From IMG/VR virus record IMGVR_UViG_3300027791_000009, positions 32,001 through 96,000 of that record: 64,000 nt of DNA. The stretch is one strand, 5' to 3'. Source of the DNA: a virus. Shown here piece after piece: positions 1 through 8,810 of the stretch (position 1 is its first letter; each line of letters starts with the position of its first letter). Position numbers and translations under genes: made by a program. Below the pieces are notes generated by a model. That model searched no databases. It saw only the letters and a program-made list of their open reading frames with translations, and had not been told where the DNA came from.

Positions 1-97
1 AACTTAAACGCATTTTAAATGGCGAAGCAAATTTTGCCCTTGCTGCCTAGTTAATAGGTAACGGAGTTTGAGAGGTACTTGGCAACAGAAACTTCTC
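1..97 (+). ncRNA. ssrA: tmRNA, 3' part of the coding piece (alphaproteobacterial two-piece type), truncated by the window edge
   Basis: 21-50 reads GGC GAA GCA AAT TTT GCC CTT GCT GCC TAG = GEANFALAA*, preceded by TAAAT. The stop codon lies in hairpin TGCCTA/TAGGTA. Terminal stem GAGAGGT(70-76)/ACTTCTC(91-97) encloses TGGCAACAGAA, a motif I recall from alpha-tmRNA. Confidence 0.8.
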
Positions 98-117
98 GTT
101 TTCAAAAGGAGAGAGAA

Positions 118-390
118 ATGAAAACAATATTTCTAGTAGTTGCAATACTACTAAACACAGAAGGAGATAGAACTCCTAGATATCACCCTGCTTATCAGTT
201 TGATACTCTACCAGAATGTATGGACTTTGTTCAAGGAAATAATAATGGTTTAGTTATGGGTCTAATGATGAAGTTAAGAGAAGAAAACGACAACAGCAGA
301 ATAATCAATATAGGTTGTGGTGAAATGAGTCCAGAAGACGCAGATAAGATTATGAATGACTATCAGCAGAAACCTGGTGTTAGTGCTTGA
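118..390 (+). CDS. hypothetical protein with hydrophobic N-terminus
   Basis: ORF 79..390; better start is ATG118 after AGGAGAG; begins MKTIFLVVAILL. Confidence 0.7.
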   Translation: MKTIFLVVAILLNTEGDRTPRYHPAYQFDTLPECMDFVQGNNNGLVMGLMMKLREENDNSRIINIGCGEMSPEDADKIMNDYQQKPGVSA

Positions 391-415
391 CAAACCCGAT
401 TAATTATAGTATAGT
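387..415 (+). promoter_or_regulatory. sigma70-type early promoter
   Basis: TTGACA(387-392)-17 bp-TATAGT(410-415). Confidence 0.8.
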
Positions 416-421
416 GAGAAC

Positions 422-631
422 ATGAATAGCAAACAATTTAGTTTAGAAATAGAAGCCTTCAAAAAAGAGAAGAGAACATCTTATATGGATGCCATTGTTC
501 TTTATTGCGAAGAAAGAGAGATTGACACGGCAACGGTTGGTCCATTAATTAACAAAGCGCTAAAAGAGAAGGTAGCGTTAGAGTGTCAGAAGTTAAATCT
601 GTTACCTAAAACAAGTGAACTACCTATATAA
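422..631 (+). CDS. gp33: late transcription co-activator gp33
   Basis: 69 aa with SYMDAIVLYCEE...LKEKV...LNLLPKTSELPI; gp33-gp59-gp32 synteny. Confidence 0.85.
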   Translation: MNSKQFSLEIEAFKKEKRTSYMDAIVLYCEEREIDTATVGPLINKALKEKVALECQKLNLLPKTSELPI

Positions 632-1236
632 TGTATGGAGGATTTGATGTATTTAAAATTTGGCTGGGTATTAAACTTCACTTTACTACCAACACATACG
701 ACTATATCACCTATGGAGGTAAAGTCAATTGCAAACTAGAGACATTTACAAAACGAAATGACAAATACTTCTTTCACAAACTTTCTAAAAAATATAATGC
801 AGAAGAAGCAGTTGACTTCTTTGTGTCAAACTTTTTACACCAAGATAAAGCTTGGATTGGCAATCTTGCTAAGTCTGATGGGCACGATATATACTTTGAT
901 TACAAGAAGCGTAAAGATAGTTTTACTTATCAGTTTAGGAGTGAGTGTAGTAGTATTAGGAATAATATGGATACTAAGCGCTTGTCTTTTGATGACCTTT
1001 ATGTGGTTAATCGAGGTCAACATCCAATCTTTTTCAAGCTTCTCTTATCTAAACAAATTAGTTATGAAACTTTTGTGGTCTTTGAAGAGTTATTGGGATT
1101 TACTAGAAAATGGAATAAAGAGATTGAAGAAAAAGTAGTTTGGCCTATCTATGCTAAACGACTAAAGAAGTTTGCACCGTTCTTACGGTACAATAGAACA
1201 GAAACGAAGTTAATAATGAAAGAGATATTTAATTGA
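631..1236 (+). CDS. gp59: helicase loader gp59
   Basis: IKLHFT..YDY..YGGK, KRNDKYFF.KLSKKY motifs; synteny. Confidence 0.85.
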   Translation: MYGGFDVFKIWLGIKLHFTTNTYDYITYGGKVNCKLETFTKRNDKYFFHKLSKKYNAEEAVDFFVSNFLHQDKAWIGNLAKSDGHDIYFDYKKRKDSFTYQFRSECSSIRNNMDTKRLSFDDLYVVNRGQHPIFFKLLLSKQISYETFVVFEELLGFTRKWNKEIEEKVVWPIYAKRLKKFAPFLRYNRTETKLIMKEIFN

Positions 1237-1553
1237 GCAGTATGACAGACGAATATAAAAAGAAACTTGACGATAAGATTAAAGAATTAAATAGTACCAG
1301 AGTTTTTAAAAAGATAACACCTAAAGGTGACTTATCATGGTACATTAAATGGTTTTCTAGTGTTGTTATTCTCACTGGAATGGTTCTAACGGCGACTAAT
1401 ATACACCCATTAAACCTCTATTTTCACTTTGTAGGTGTAATAGGTTGGCTAATAGTAGGTATGTTATGGCACGATAGAGCATTGATTATGTTAAATGGAG
1501 TAGCGATTGCTATATTTGCTATGGGCATTATAAATGCTTATACAGGTGCTTGA
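1233..1553 (+). CDS. small membrane protein
   Basis: Three hydrophobic segments, KGDLSWYIKW...WHDRALI; start may be ATG1242. Confidence 0.7.
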   Translation: MSSMTDEYKKKLDDKIKELNSTRVFKKITPKGDLSWYIKWFSSVVILTGMVLTATNIHPLNLYFHFVGVIGWLIVGMLWHDRALIMLNGVAIAIFAMGIINAYTGA

Positions 1554-1578
1554 CAAAAGAATAAAGAAAGTGTATAAT
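1550..1578 (+). promoter_or_regulatory. sigma70-type early promoter
   Basis: Perfect TTGACA-17 bp-TATAAT. Confidence 0.85.
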
Positions 1579-1585
1579 GAGTACT

Positions 1586-1735
1586 ATGTTTGATAAAATT
1601 GTTTATGGTATATTAGATATCATTGTGGCAACTGCCGAAACTTTACGAACTTCTTATAAGGAGAAAAGTCTTCCTAAAGAGTGTAAAGACAAGTGGATAA
1701 AAGGTTATAATGAGTTTAAAAAGAAGCATAAATAA
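1586..1735 (+). CDS. small hypothetical protein (49 aa; not in ORF track)
   Basis: MFDKIVYGILDIIVATAETLRTSYKEKSLPKECKDKWIKGYNEFKKKHK*, directly after the promoter. Confidence 0.55.
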   Translation: MFDKIVYGILDIIVATAETLRTSYKEKSLPKECKDKWIKGYNEFKKKHK

Positions 1736-1811
1736 TAACATATATTATGATACATACAAAAATACGATAATACAACAATATAACAATACGATAATACAAG
1801 GAGAATAAACT
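1736..1811 (+). promoter_or_regulatory. gp32 leader: A-rich unstructured putative translational operator
   Basis: Direct repeat AATACGATAATACAA at 1761-1775 and 1785-1799 just before SD AGGAG; CATAAATA late-promoter variant at 1727-1734. Confidence 0.55.
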
Positions 1812-2720
1812 ATGGATTTTGAAAATCTAAAGAATAGTCAATCTAATTTTGACAAGTTGACAAAGCAAATCGAGTCAAACCTCAATCCTGAGGATAATGC
1901 TAAAACAAAAAACAAATACCAAGACGACAGATTGTGGAAACCTGAACTAGATAAAACTGGTAATGGTTACGCTGTGTTAAGATTCTTACCAGCACCTAAA
2001 ACAGAAGAAATGCCGTGGGCAAGAGTATGGTCTCACGCTTTTCAAGGACCTGGCGGATGGTACATTGAAAACTCTCTAACTACATTAGGTCAGAAAGACC
2101 CTGTGTCAGAAGAGAATACTATATTATGGAACACAGGTGTAGATAGTGATAAAGAGATTGCTCGTAAGAGAAAAAGAAAATTATCATACTACTCTAATGT
2201 TTATGTAGTGAGTGATCCCAAGCATCCTGAAAACGAAGGCAAAGTTTTCTTATTTAAATTCGGTAAAAAGATTTTTGATAAGATTACAGAAGCAATGCAG
2301 CCAGCGTTTGAAGATGAAAAAGCAATTAACCCATTTGATTTCTGGACAGGTGCAAACTTTAAACTGAAAATCAGAAAAGTTGATGGTTTCTGGAATTACG
2401 ATAAATCTGAATTTGAGGCTGTTAGTCCAGTCACTACCGATGATGAAGCAATCAAAGGTATCTGGAACAAACAATATCCTCTTAAACCATTCCTAGAAGC
2501 AGCAAATTTTAAATCTTATGATGAACTTAAAGAAAAGTATAATCGTGTGGTTGCTGGTTCAAAGAATACCGAGACTGCTAGTGAAATAGACCTCCCACCT
2601 ATTACTAGTAGTGTAGCTGCGACATCTGTTGCAACTGCTTCGGTTCAAAGTAATGAGGCGTCTAGCGGTGAAGATGATGATACATTGTCTTACTTTTCAA
2701 AACTCGCTGAAGACGAATAA
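1812..2720 (+). CDS. gp32: single-stranded DNA-binding protein gp32
   Basis: DDRLWKPELDKTGNGYAVLRFLP, HAFQGPGGWYIENSLTT, acidic tail. Confidence 0.95.
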   Translation: MDFENLKNSQSNFDKLTKQIESNLNPEDNAKTKNKYQDDRLWKPELDKTGNGYAVLRFLPAPKTEEMPWARVWSHAFQGPGGWYIENSLTTLGQKDPVSEENTILWNTGVDSDKEIARKRKRKLSYYSNVYVVSDPKHPENEGKVFLFKFGKKIFDKITEAMQPAFEDEKAINPFDFWTGANFKLKIRKVDGFWNYDKSEFEAVSPVTTDDEAIKGIWNKQYPLKPFLEAANFKSYDELKEKYNRVVAGSKNTETASEIDLPPITSSVAATSVATASVQSNEASSGEDDDTLSYFSKLAEDE

Positions 2721-2751
2721 TCTCTCTCTTTCCACATTACTTTAATGGCAT

Positions 2752-2778
2752 AGGGGTCCTTTCTGGACCCCTTTGTTT
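2752..2778 (+). terminator. intrinsic terminator
   Basis: AGGGGTCC-tttct-GGACCCCT followed by TTGTTT. Confidence 0.8.
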
Positions 2779-2779
2779 A

Positions 2780-2787
2780 TATAAATA
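2780..2787 (+). promoter_or_regulatory. T4-type late promoter
   Basis: Intergenic TATAAATA. Confidence 0.75.
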
Positions 2788-2851
2788 GAACTAAAACAAA
2801 CCACTACATTATTCTAAATCACATATTGAATTGCAAGGTTAAAGGATACTT

Positions 2852-3166
2852 ATGCAATTAACAGACATTTTCAAAAAGAACATAGTAATGGTACCTGTTG
2901 TGGCCTCAATATTAGTTGGGTCGTTCACTGGTATTAAATATGTAATTAATCTTACAGATACTATAAACGCAAATAAAATAGAACTAACTAATTTACACAG
3001 AGACATAAAAGTTGTAAAGGAATCTAATTTAGATTTAAAAGACAGACTATCCAGAGCAGAAGGTACTTGGGATATGGCTGAAAACCTATACAGAGAACTT
3101 GCAGAAAAAGTTAGAGACCAAGCTTGGGATATCAAAGACCTTAGCAGAGAAGTAAACGGTAACTAA
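2852..3166 (+). CDS. membrane-anchored coiled-coil protein
   Basis: N-terminal TM segment then heptad-like region; SD AAGGA. Confidence 0.65.
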   Translation: MQLTDIFKKNIVMVPVVASILVGSFTGIKYVINLTDTINANKIELTNLHRDIKVVKESNLDLKDRLSRAEGTWDMAENLYRELAEKVRDQAWDIKDLSREVNGN

Positions 3167-3167
3167 C

Positions 3168-3743
3168 ATGGAGATACTTAGGATGGCTCCAAATAGATTT
3201 ACACTTATATTGTTAGGTATGCTTGTACTATTCGCTGTAATGGTTAAACCTGCTCATGCAAGAAACGAATATCTTAACAACAATACACAAGCCTGCCAAT
3301 ATGGTAGCTTTGATGTACAGACTAGTTATGGACAACAAGACACAGAATATAATCACTATTCACCAAATAACAATTACGACAACTATGGTAGAAATAAAGA
3401 AATAAGATTTACTTTCAGAAAGTACCTTGGTGTTAGTAAGGAGATGTGTGATAAACAAAATGCTATATTACTAGAGAATGAAGATTTAAGACAAGAATTA
3501 GAAATGCTTAAAGTTTGCAACAAGTATGCAGACAGACCATTACCACCACAATTCGCAACGGTAGAAAAACATTGCAAAGGTTTAAGAGCAAGACCTGAAA
3601 GAGCAAAATCAGACGAATCTATGTGGGATGAAATGAAGAAAGATTACATTGAGGACAATCCAGATGTTGATTTATTTGACAATAGCAAACCAGGTCTTAA
3701 ACTTCCACCAAAAGATTTCATATTACCTGAGCCTAAACCATAA
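3168..3743 (+). CDS. hypothetical exported protein
   Basis: Signal-peptide-like segment ending PAHA; Cys pairs; Pro-rich tail. Confidence 0.65.
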   Translation: MEILRMAPNRFTLILLGMLVLFAVMVKPAHARNEYLNNNTQACQYGSFDVQTSYGQQDTEYNHYSPNNNYDNYGRNKEIRFTFRKYLGVSKEMCDKQNAILLENEDLRQELEMLKVCNKYADRPLPPQFATVEKHCKGLRARPERAKSDESMWDEMKKDYIEDNPDVDLFDNSKPGLKLPPKDFILPEPKP

Positions 3744-3760
3744 TCCCATTGTAAAAATCG

Positions 3761-3768
3761 TATAAATA
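3761..3768 (+). promoter_or_regulatory. T4-type late promoter
   Basis: TATAAATA 8 nt before ATG3777. Confidence 0.75.
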
Positions 3769-3776
3769 TAGTTGTT

Positions 3777-4334
3777 ATGGCAATATCTATATTAGACCCA
3801 TTAGTACAAAAACAAGGCGACACCAGAAAATCTGGTGCTTGGTATCGTAAGGCTGTCGGCAGCATTGCTGACAAAACACAGGCAAGACAATTAATGAGAG
3901 ACGGCAACCTAATCGGTAGACCTTCTCAAGGACGATTAAATCTATTTTTTTATGACCCGAAATTTAAGAAAACACTACCTTATTACGACACATTCCCTTT
4001 AGTATTACCATTAGAACCAATCAAAGGCGGATTTATGGGAATGAATTTCCATTATTTACCACCTGCAATGAGATTTACCTTACTCGCAAGAATGGATAAG
4101 TTTCTATCTGGTGACATGATAAGACCTAATACGAAGTACCAAGTAGATTATGATAGTGTGAAGAATATACCTATGGTTAAACCAACTCTTCATAAATATC
4201 TTTATAGTAATGTGAGAAGCAATTTTTTGCGTATCAATGCGTCTGAAGCTGCGGTTGCAGTATACTTGCCAGTACAACAATTCAGAAAACAACCAGCGAC
4301 TACCGTTTGGAGTAGAAGCAGAAGAAATAATTAG
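3777..4334 (+). CDS. gp2: DNA end protector gp2
   Basis: LFFYDPKFKKTLPYYDTFPLV, GMNFHYLPP motifs. Confidence 0.85.
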   Translation: MAISILDPLVQKQGDTRKSGAWYRKAVGSIADKTQARQLMRDGNLIGRPSQGRLNLFFYDPKFKKTLPYYDTFPLVLPLEPIKGGFMGMNFHYLPPAMRFTLLARMDKFLSGDMIRPNTKYQVDYDSVKNIPMVKPTLHKYLYSNVRSNFLRINASEAAVAVYLPVQQFRKQPATTVWSRSRRNN

Positions 4335-4368
4335 AGGACTCTTATGATGAATATGAGTAATAAGGTAA

Positions 4369-4521
4369 ATGGCAAGAAGAAGTTTATGGCGAGTTGCAAT
4401 CGTCAAATTAAGAATGTGGTATTGTGATATTAGAGGACACCACGGACACAAATGGAATTATGAACCAGGCGAATACTATTTAGGAATGCAGAAGAGTAAA
4501 CATTGGAAAGATAAACATTAA
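4369..4521 (+). CDS. small hypothetical protein (50 aa; not in ORF track)
   Basis: MARRSLWRVAIVKLRMWYCDIRGHHGHKWNYEPGEYYLGMQKSKHWKDKH*, SD AAGGT, fills the gap. Confidence 0.6.
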   Translation: MARRSLWRVAIVKLRMWYCDIRGHHGHKWNYEPGEYYLGMQKSKHWKDKH

Positions 4522-4530
4522 GGATAACTA

Positions 4531-5490
4531 ATGGCAATATTACGAGGCGGGAAAAGAATAGGAGGTATGGATATCAGAATTGGTATTCCTAGAGATACTT
4601 CTATGAACAATATTAACCGAGACCCAAGGTTCAAACAAAAGGTAGGTGCAAATCCTGAAACTACAATGGGTAGATTTCAATCCTATGTAAATGAATCAGA
4701 AGGTTTTGCTCGTAAGGCTAGATACTATGTTGTCTTTGAACTACCAACAGGTGGTAAGATTGCAGGTGGTATGGACTTTGGTGGTGCAGTACCTGGTGGT
4801 GACGGTATGGTACAAGGTGGTGAGATACGAAGATACGCTAACGAAGCAAACTTGCAACGAAGAGTACAAGCGTTTGTATCATCGGTAAATATGCCTGGTA
4901 GAACAATGAAGACTAAAGCAATAAAACACAATGGTCCACCAAGACACATTGTTTACGACTATGAAATGGCTGATGTATCAATGACATTTTATACAGACAA
5001 ATATTTAAGAGAAAGAATATTCTTTGAATTGTGGCAGAAGACTGCCTTTTCAAATATAACTCACAACTATGCTTACTATGATGAGTATGTAGCACCGATT
5101 AATATTCTTCAACTAGGTGCAGACCCAGGAGCACAAGAACGAGACGGTTCAACTTATGGTGTCAGATTGTGGGAAGCGTATCCTGTTTCAGTAGGTGATG
5201 TAGAGTATGCTTCAGGTTCAAATGAAGTACAAACATTTACCGTTCAGTTTAAATATAGATACTGGTTAAACTTTGCATTAGACCAACAAAACAAGTTTCA
5301 GATTGGTCAGTCGCAGTTTAATAGTGCTGTTGTCAAAGAAGGTGAGAGTGGATTTTTAAGTAAACTACCACCTGAATTGAGAAGAGCAGGCGAAGGTGTG
5401 CTACAAAACTTGAAGAGGTCGTTTCCAATCGGTAAGATTACTGGTGGAAGAGTTATGCCTCCATTCAAATTTGGACCACTAAATATATAA
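4531..5490 (+). CDS. gp54: tail tube initiator (gp54 / gp19-like fold)
   Basis: SVNMPGR, SMTFY.D, YYDEYV, LWEAYPVSVG, FTVQFKYRYW. Confidence 0.7.
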   Translation: MAILRGGKRIGGMDIRIGIPRDTSMNNINRDPRFKQKVGANPETTMGRFQSYVNESEGFARKARYYVVFELPTGGKIAGGMDFGGAVPGGDGMVQGGEIRRYANEANLQRRVQAFVSSVNMPGRTMKTKAIKHNGPPRHIVYDYEMADVSMTFYTDKYLRERIFFELWQKTAFSNITHNYAYYDEYVAPINILQLGADPGAQERDGSTYGVRLWEAYPVSVGDVEYASGSNEVQTFTVQFKYRYWLNFALDQQNKFQIGQSQFNSAVVKEGESGFLSKLPPELRRAGEGVLQNLKRSFPIGKITGGRVMPPFKFGPLNI

Positions 5491-5515
5491 TTAATAATAA
5501 GGAGATGATAACAAT

Positions 5516-6250
5516 ATGGCTTTACCAAAAATTGAAGTCCCAACATATAAGATAACTCTACCTAGTAAAGACCAGGAAGTAGAGTATAGACCTTTTCTGG
5601 TCAAAGAAGAGAAGATATTGATGATGGCAATGGAAGAGCAGAATGACGCTCAAATGAAAGCTGCCGTTAGAGATTTAATTAACTCTTGTACTTTCGGAAA
5701 ATTAGAAGTAACCAAACTACCACTATTTGACATTGAGTATTTGTTTTTAAATATTCGTGCCAAGTCTGTAGGTGAGATTGCGTCTTTCAAAGTTTTCTGT
5801 CCTGAAGATAAGGTTACACTTATACCTGTTGAAGTAGACTTGACAAAAGTTGAGGTACAGGTTGATGACGACCACACAAATAAAATTGTATTAGACGAGA
5901 CAAGAAATCTTGGTATTAGTATGAACTATCCTAACATTGACACTATTCCATTGGGCGTAGATAATTCTATGAATACAGACTCAATCTTTAAAACGATTGT
6001 TGATTGTATAGATTATATCTATGAGGGGGAAGAGGTGCATAAAGCGAAAGATAGTACAAAGGCTGAACTAATAGATTTTTTCAATAATCTTAACACACAA
6101 CAATTTGAGTTAATTAGAAAATTCTTTGACACAATGCCGAAGTTAAGGCATGAGCTCAAGGTCGTAAATCCTAAAACCAAGAAAGAGAGTGTGGTTACAC
6201 TCCAAGGACTATCTGATTTTTTCGTATCTGCCTCTCCCACAACAACCTAG
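5516..6250 (+). CDS. gp26: baseplate hub assembly protein gp26
   Basis: MALPKI..P.Y, YRPFLVKEEKIL, FDIEYLFLNIRAKSVGE, FFDTMPKL. Confidence 0.9.
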   Translation: MALPKIEVPTYKITLPSKDQEVEYRPFLVKEEKILMMAMEEQNDAQMKAAVRDLINSCTFGKLEVTKLPLFDIEYLFLNIRAKSVGEIASFKVFCPEDKVTLIPVEVDLTKVEVQVDDDHTNKIVLDETRNLGISMNYPNIDTIPLGVDNSMNTDSIFKTIVDCIDYIYEGEEVHKAKDSTKAELIDFFNNLNTQQFELIRKFFDTMPKLRHELKVVNPKTKKESVVTLQGLSDFFVSASPTTT

Positions 6251-6414
6251 AGGCGTACTTTGAGACTAACTTTGCATTAATGCAACACCATAAGTATAGT
6301 CTATCAGAATTGGATTCTCTTATTCCTTGGGAAAAAGAGGTTTATGTATCTTTACTGGTTAAACACCTTAAAGATGAGAAAGAAAAAGCAAGACGGGATA
6401 AAATGAATAAATAA
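6217..6414 (+). CDS. gp51: baseplate hub assembly catalyst gp51 (first ATG 6280; frame open from 6217)
   Basis: HNNLEAYFETNFALMQHHKYSLSELDSLIPWEKEVYVSLL, in the -1 frame relative to gp26. Confidence 0.8.
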   Translation, partial: FFRICLSHNNLEAYFETNFALMQHHKYSLSELDSLIPWEKEVYVSLLVKHLKDEKEKARRDKMNK

Positions 6415-6443
6415 TAGTATGAAGAACAAAACAGAGGTATCAA

Positions 6444-6764
6444 ATGGCTGAAGAAATAAAAGAAGTTAAGGTTGCAGAACCTAAACAGAAAATACAAGTT
6501 GATTTAGAAGTTGATACTTCAATAAAAGACTTAGGTATCAATCCATATTCAAAGATAATACATATGGCAAGAGCAGTTGACGCTTGGAGAATATTCCCAA
6601 GATTGTTTTTGACCGTATATATTGTTTTACTATACAAATGTGTAATATGGTATATGAATTTACCAACACCTACTATGGAACAAAGTGGGTTAATCAGTAT
6701 CGTTGTTGGTGCTGGTGCAGCTTGGTTTGGTTTATATACTGGTTCAAGTAAAGGTAAAAATTAG
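6444..6764 (+). CDS. two-TM membrane protein
   Basis: VDAWRIFPRLF + TM, and EQSGLISIVVGAGAAWFGLY. Confidence 0.7.
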   Translation: MAEEIKEVKVAEPKQKIQVDLEVDTSIKDLGINPYSKIIHMARAVDAWRIFPRLFLTVYIVLLYKCVIWYMNLPTPTMEQSGLISIVVGAGAAWFGLYTGSSKGKN

Positions 6765-8333
6765 ATGGCCGCAAGTACACTAACACAAGCCTCACAAGAC
6801 GAGATAGTAAGCATATTCAAAGCAATCTCTAGTAAAGTACAAGGTTCAGTTGAAGGACTTGTTAAGACTACTCAGCCCAAACTAAACAAATTAGTTGCAG
6901 ACACAATAGACGCATTTAAAGACAAACCTCAACAAGTTAATAAACAAATGAACTTGTTAGCAAATAGGATGCAAGAGTTAGGTATGTCTGTAGATGACTT
7001 AACACAAGGCATAGAAGATAAAGATTTAACTGCTGATATGAAATCTCTACAAGACGCATTGCGTAATAGAGAACAAAAAATTGTAAAGGCAGACACAGAA
7101 GCAGCTGAATTGCGTAAACAAGGTGTAGCCGCAGAAGTAAAGATGACACAAGCCGGTGCCAAGGTAGTTATACTATCACAAAAAGAATTATCTAAACGAA
7201 CTGAAACATTACAATCAGAGCAAAAGATTTTAATTGAGCGAGAACAAAAGAATTTAAAAGCAACAAAAGAACTTGATAAGTTAACTGGTAAAGAAAAAAC
7301 AGCACAAGCAAATCTTATTAAAGCAGAAACAAAAAAGATAGCAAAAGAACGAGAAAAGATAGAAGAAAAAGAAAAGGCCATTGGCGGTAACCCTAGTAAT
7401 AACTATGGTGGTCAAGGTGGTGATTTGATAGACCCACGAGGTATGTTTGCTGGTATATCAGATACCTTTATGGGTATCAAAGATAGTATCACAGGACCAT
7501 TCGTAGAACTTGGTGAAATAGGAAAGCGTATGGGTAAGTCATTTATGAACTTTGGTAAAGCAATGAAGACACCAATCAAGTCATTAAAACTACTTGGTGC
7601 AAGTCTTATGGTTGCAGTACTACCTATGTTGTTGTGGGCTGTAGGTATATTAGCATTGATTGCTATTATCGCAGTTGCAATATTTAAGTTTCATGCTATC
7701 AAAGACGCAATCATAGACGCATATAACTATCTAGGAGATGTATTTACTAAGTTTGGTGAATATCTAAAAGAGAAGTGGGATGCCTTAGTAGAGTATATAG
7801 GTGGACTAAAAGATTCAATAATGGAGAAGTGGGATTCGTTTACAGGTGCATTTGGTGAAATGGTTGATTATGTAAGTAACCTAGGAAGTAAAATATGGGA
7901 TAGTATATCTGAAGCGTTTAGTAGTGTTGGTGATTTCTTAATGGATGGTTTCAAAACTATAGTTAATGGTGTTATCAAACTGCTTAACAAGGTACCTTTT
8001 GTCGATATACCTCTATTAGGTACAAGTGGTGGTTCAGCAGGTATGGAAACTGGTCCATCAACTAAAGCAGAAATAGAACCAAGCACAGGCGTTTCAGATA
8101 AAATTGCTAGTTTCTTTGATAAACTTACAGGTGGTAATGATAATGAAGAAAATGCTAAAACGCTCATGTCAGAAGGTGATGTTAGCAACTCTAAACAATC
8201 TAACAATGTTGGTGTAAACCAAGACAACAGACAAATCGTAACCACAAACAACCAAGAATCAGTATTTGCTGGTAGAGGCAATCCTAATCCAGACCCACCA
8301 AGTATGTGGGAAAAGATGACAAGTCTATTTTAG
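6765..8333 (+). CDS. tape-measure-like / gp29-like protein
   Basis: Coiled coil, hydrophobic stretch and periodic W/F helical repeats; position after gp26/gp51. Confidence 0.55.
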   Translation: MAASTLTQASQDEIVSIFKAISSKVQGSVEGLVKTTQPKLNKLVADTIDAFKDKPQQVNKQMNLLANRMQELGMSVDDLTQGIEDKDLTADMKSLQDALRNREQKIVKADTEAAELRKQGVAAEVKMTQAGAKVVILSQKELSKRTETLQSEQKILIEREQKNLKATKELDKLTGKEKTAQANLIKAETKKIAKEREKIEEKEKAIGGNPSNNYGGQGGDLIDPRGMFAGISDTFMGIKDSITGPFVELGEIGKRMGKSFMNFGKAMKTPIKSLKLLGASLMVAVLPMLLWAVGILALIAIIAVAIFKFHAIKDAIIDAYNYLGDVFTKFGEYLKEKWDALVEYIGGLKDSIMEKWDSFTGAFGEMVDYVSNLGSKIWDSISEAFSSVGDFLMDGFKTIVNGVIKLLNKVPFVDIPLLGTSGGSAGMETGPSTKAEIEPSTGVSDKIASFFDKLTGGNDNEENAKTLMSEGDVSNSKQSNNVGVNQDNRQIVTTNNQESVFAGRGNPNPDPPSMWEKMTSLF

Positions 8334-8761
8334 AATTTACCTAAATCGTCTTCTGTAAATATCTTAAACTCAAAACCTTGCATTTCGCAATAACGAACAG
8401 CGGCTGCCCATTTAGCTCTATTTTTGACATATGCTAATGTCTCATTGATATATGCTCTAGTCTTACGAGCTCTAGGTTTAGGTTTCTTTGTGAAGGCCTT
8501 AGGTTTGATTTCAATTATATACTTACCTTTCTTGGTAACTATAAAGAAATCAGGAAAGTAATTATGTATTCTCTTGGTCACAGGATTACGATAAGGAATA
8601 GCAATCTCTTCACTACCCCAATGTGTGATTCCTTCATTACGGTCGCAGTAAACCATAAATCTTCTCTCCCAATTAGAACGATAGATAACTTTTTCGATAT
8701 TACCTAGATATTTGTCTTTGTTTTGAGGTTTGTATCTGCCTTTATAACTTGCTGTAGCCAC
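8330..8761 (-). CDS. gp4: head completion nuclease gp4
   Basis: YKGRYKPQN..KY.G, YRSNWE, WGSEE, YFPDF, IEIKP. Confidence 0.9.
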   Translation of the reverse strand: MATASYKGRYKPQNKDKYLGNIEKVIYRSNWERRFMVYCDRNEGITHWGSEEIAIPYRNPVTKRIHNYFPDFFIVTKKGKYIIEIKPKAFTKKPKPRARKTRAYINETLAYVKNRAKWAAAVRYCEMQGFEFKIFTEDDLGKF

Positions 8762-8771
8762 TTCATCTTCC

Positions 8772-8810
8772 TGTATAAATATTAGTATAATTCATAAGGA
8801 TATTTATACA
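8772..8810. promoter_or_regulatory. pair of face-to-face late promoters for gp48 and gp4
   Basis: TATAAATA 8774-8781 (+) and TATTTATA 8801-8808 (-), forming an 11-bp inverted repeat. Confidence 0.75.

Noticed and set aside
79-117. ORF-track start (TTG79) of the first CDS
   Set aside because: It overlaps the tmRNA terminal hairpin; ATG118 has a good SD.
8772-8810. Inverted repeat as a mobile-element end or terminator
   Set aside because: Fully explained by two opposed TATAAATA late promoters for gp4 and gp48.
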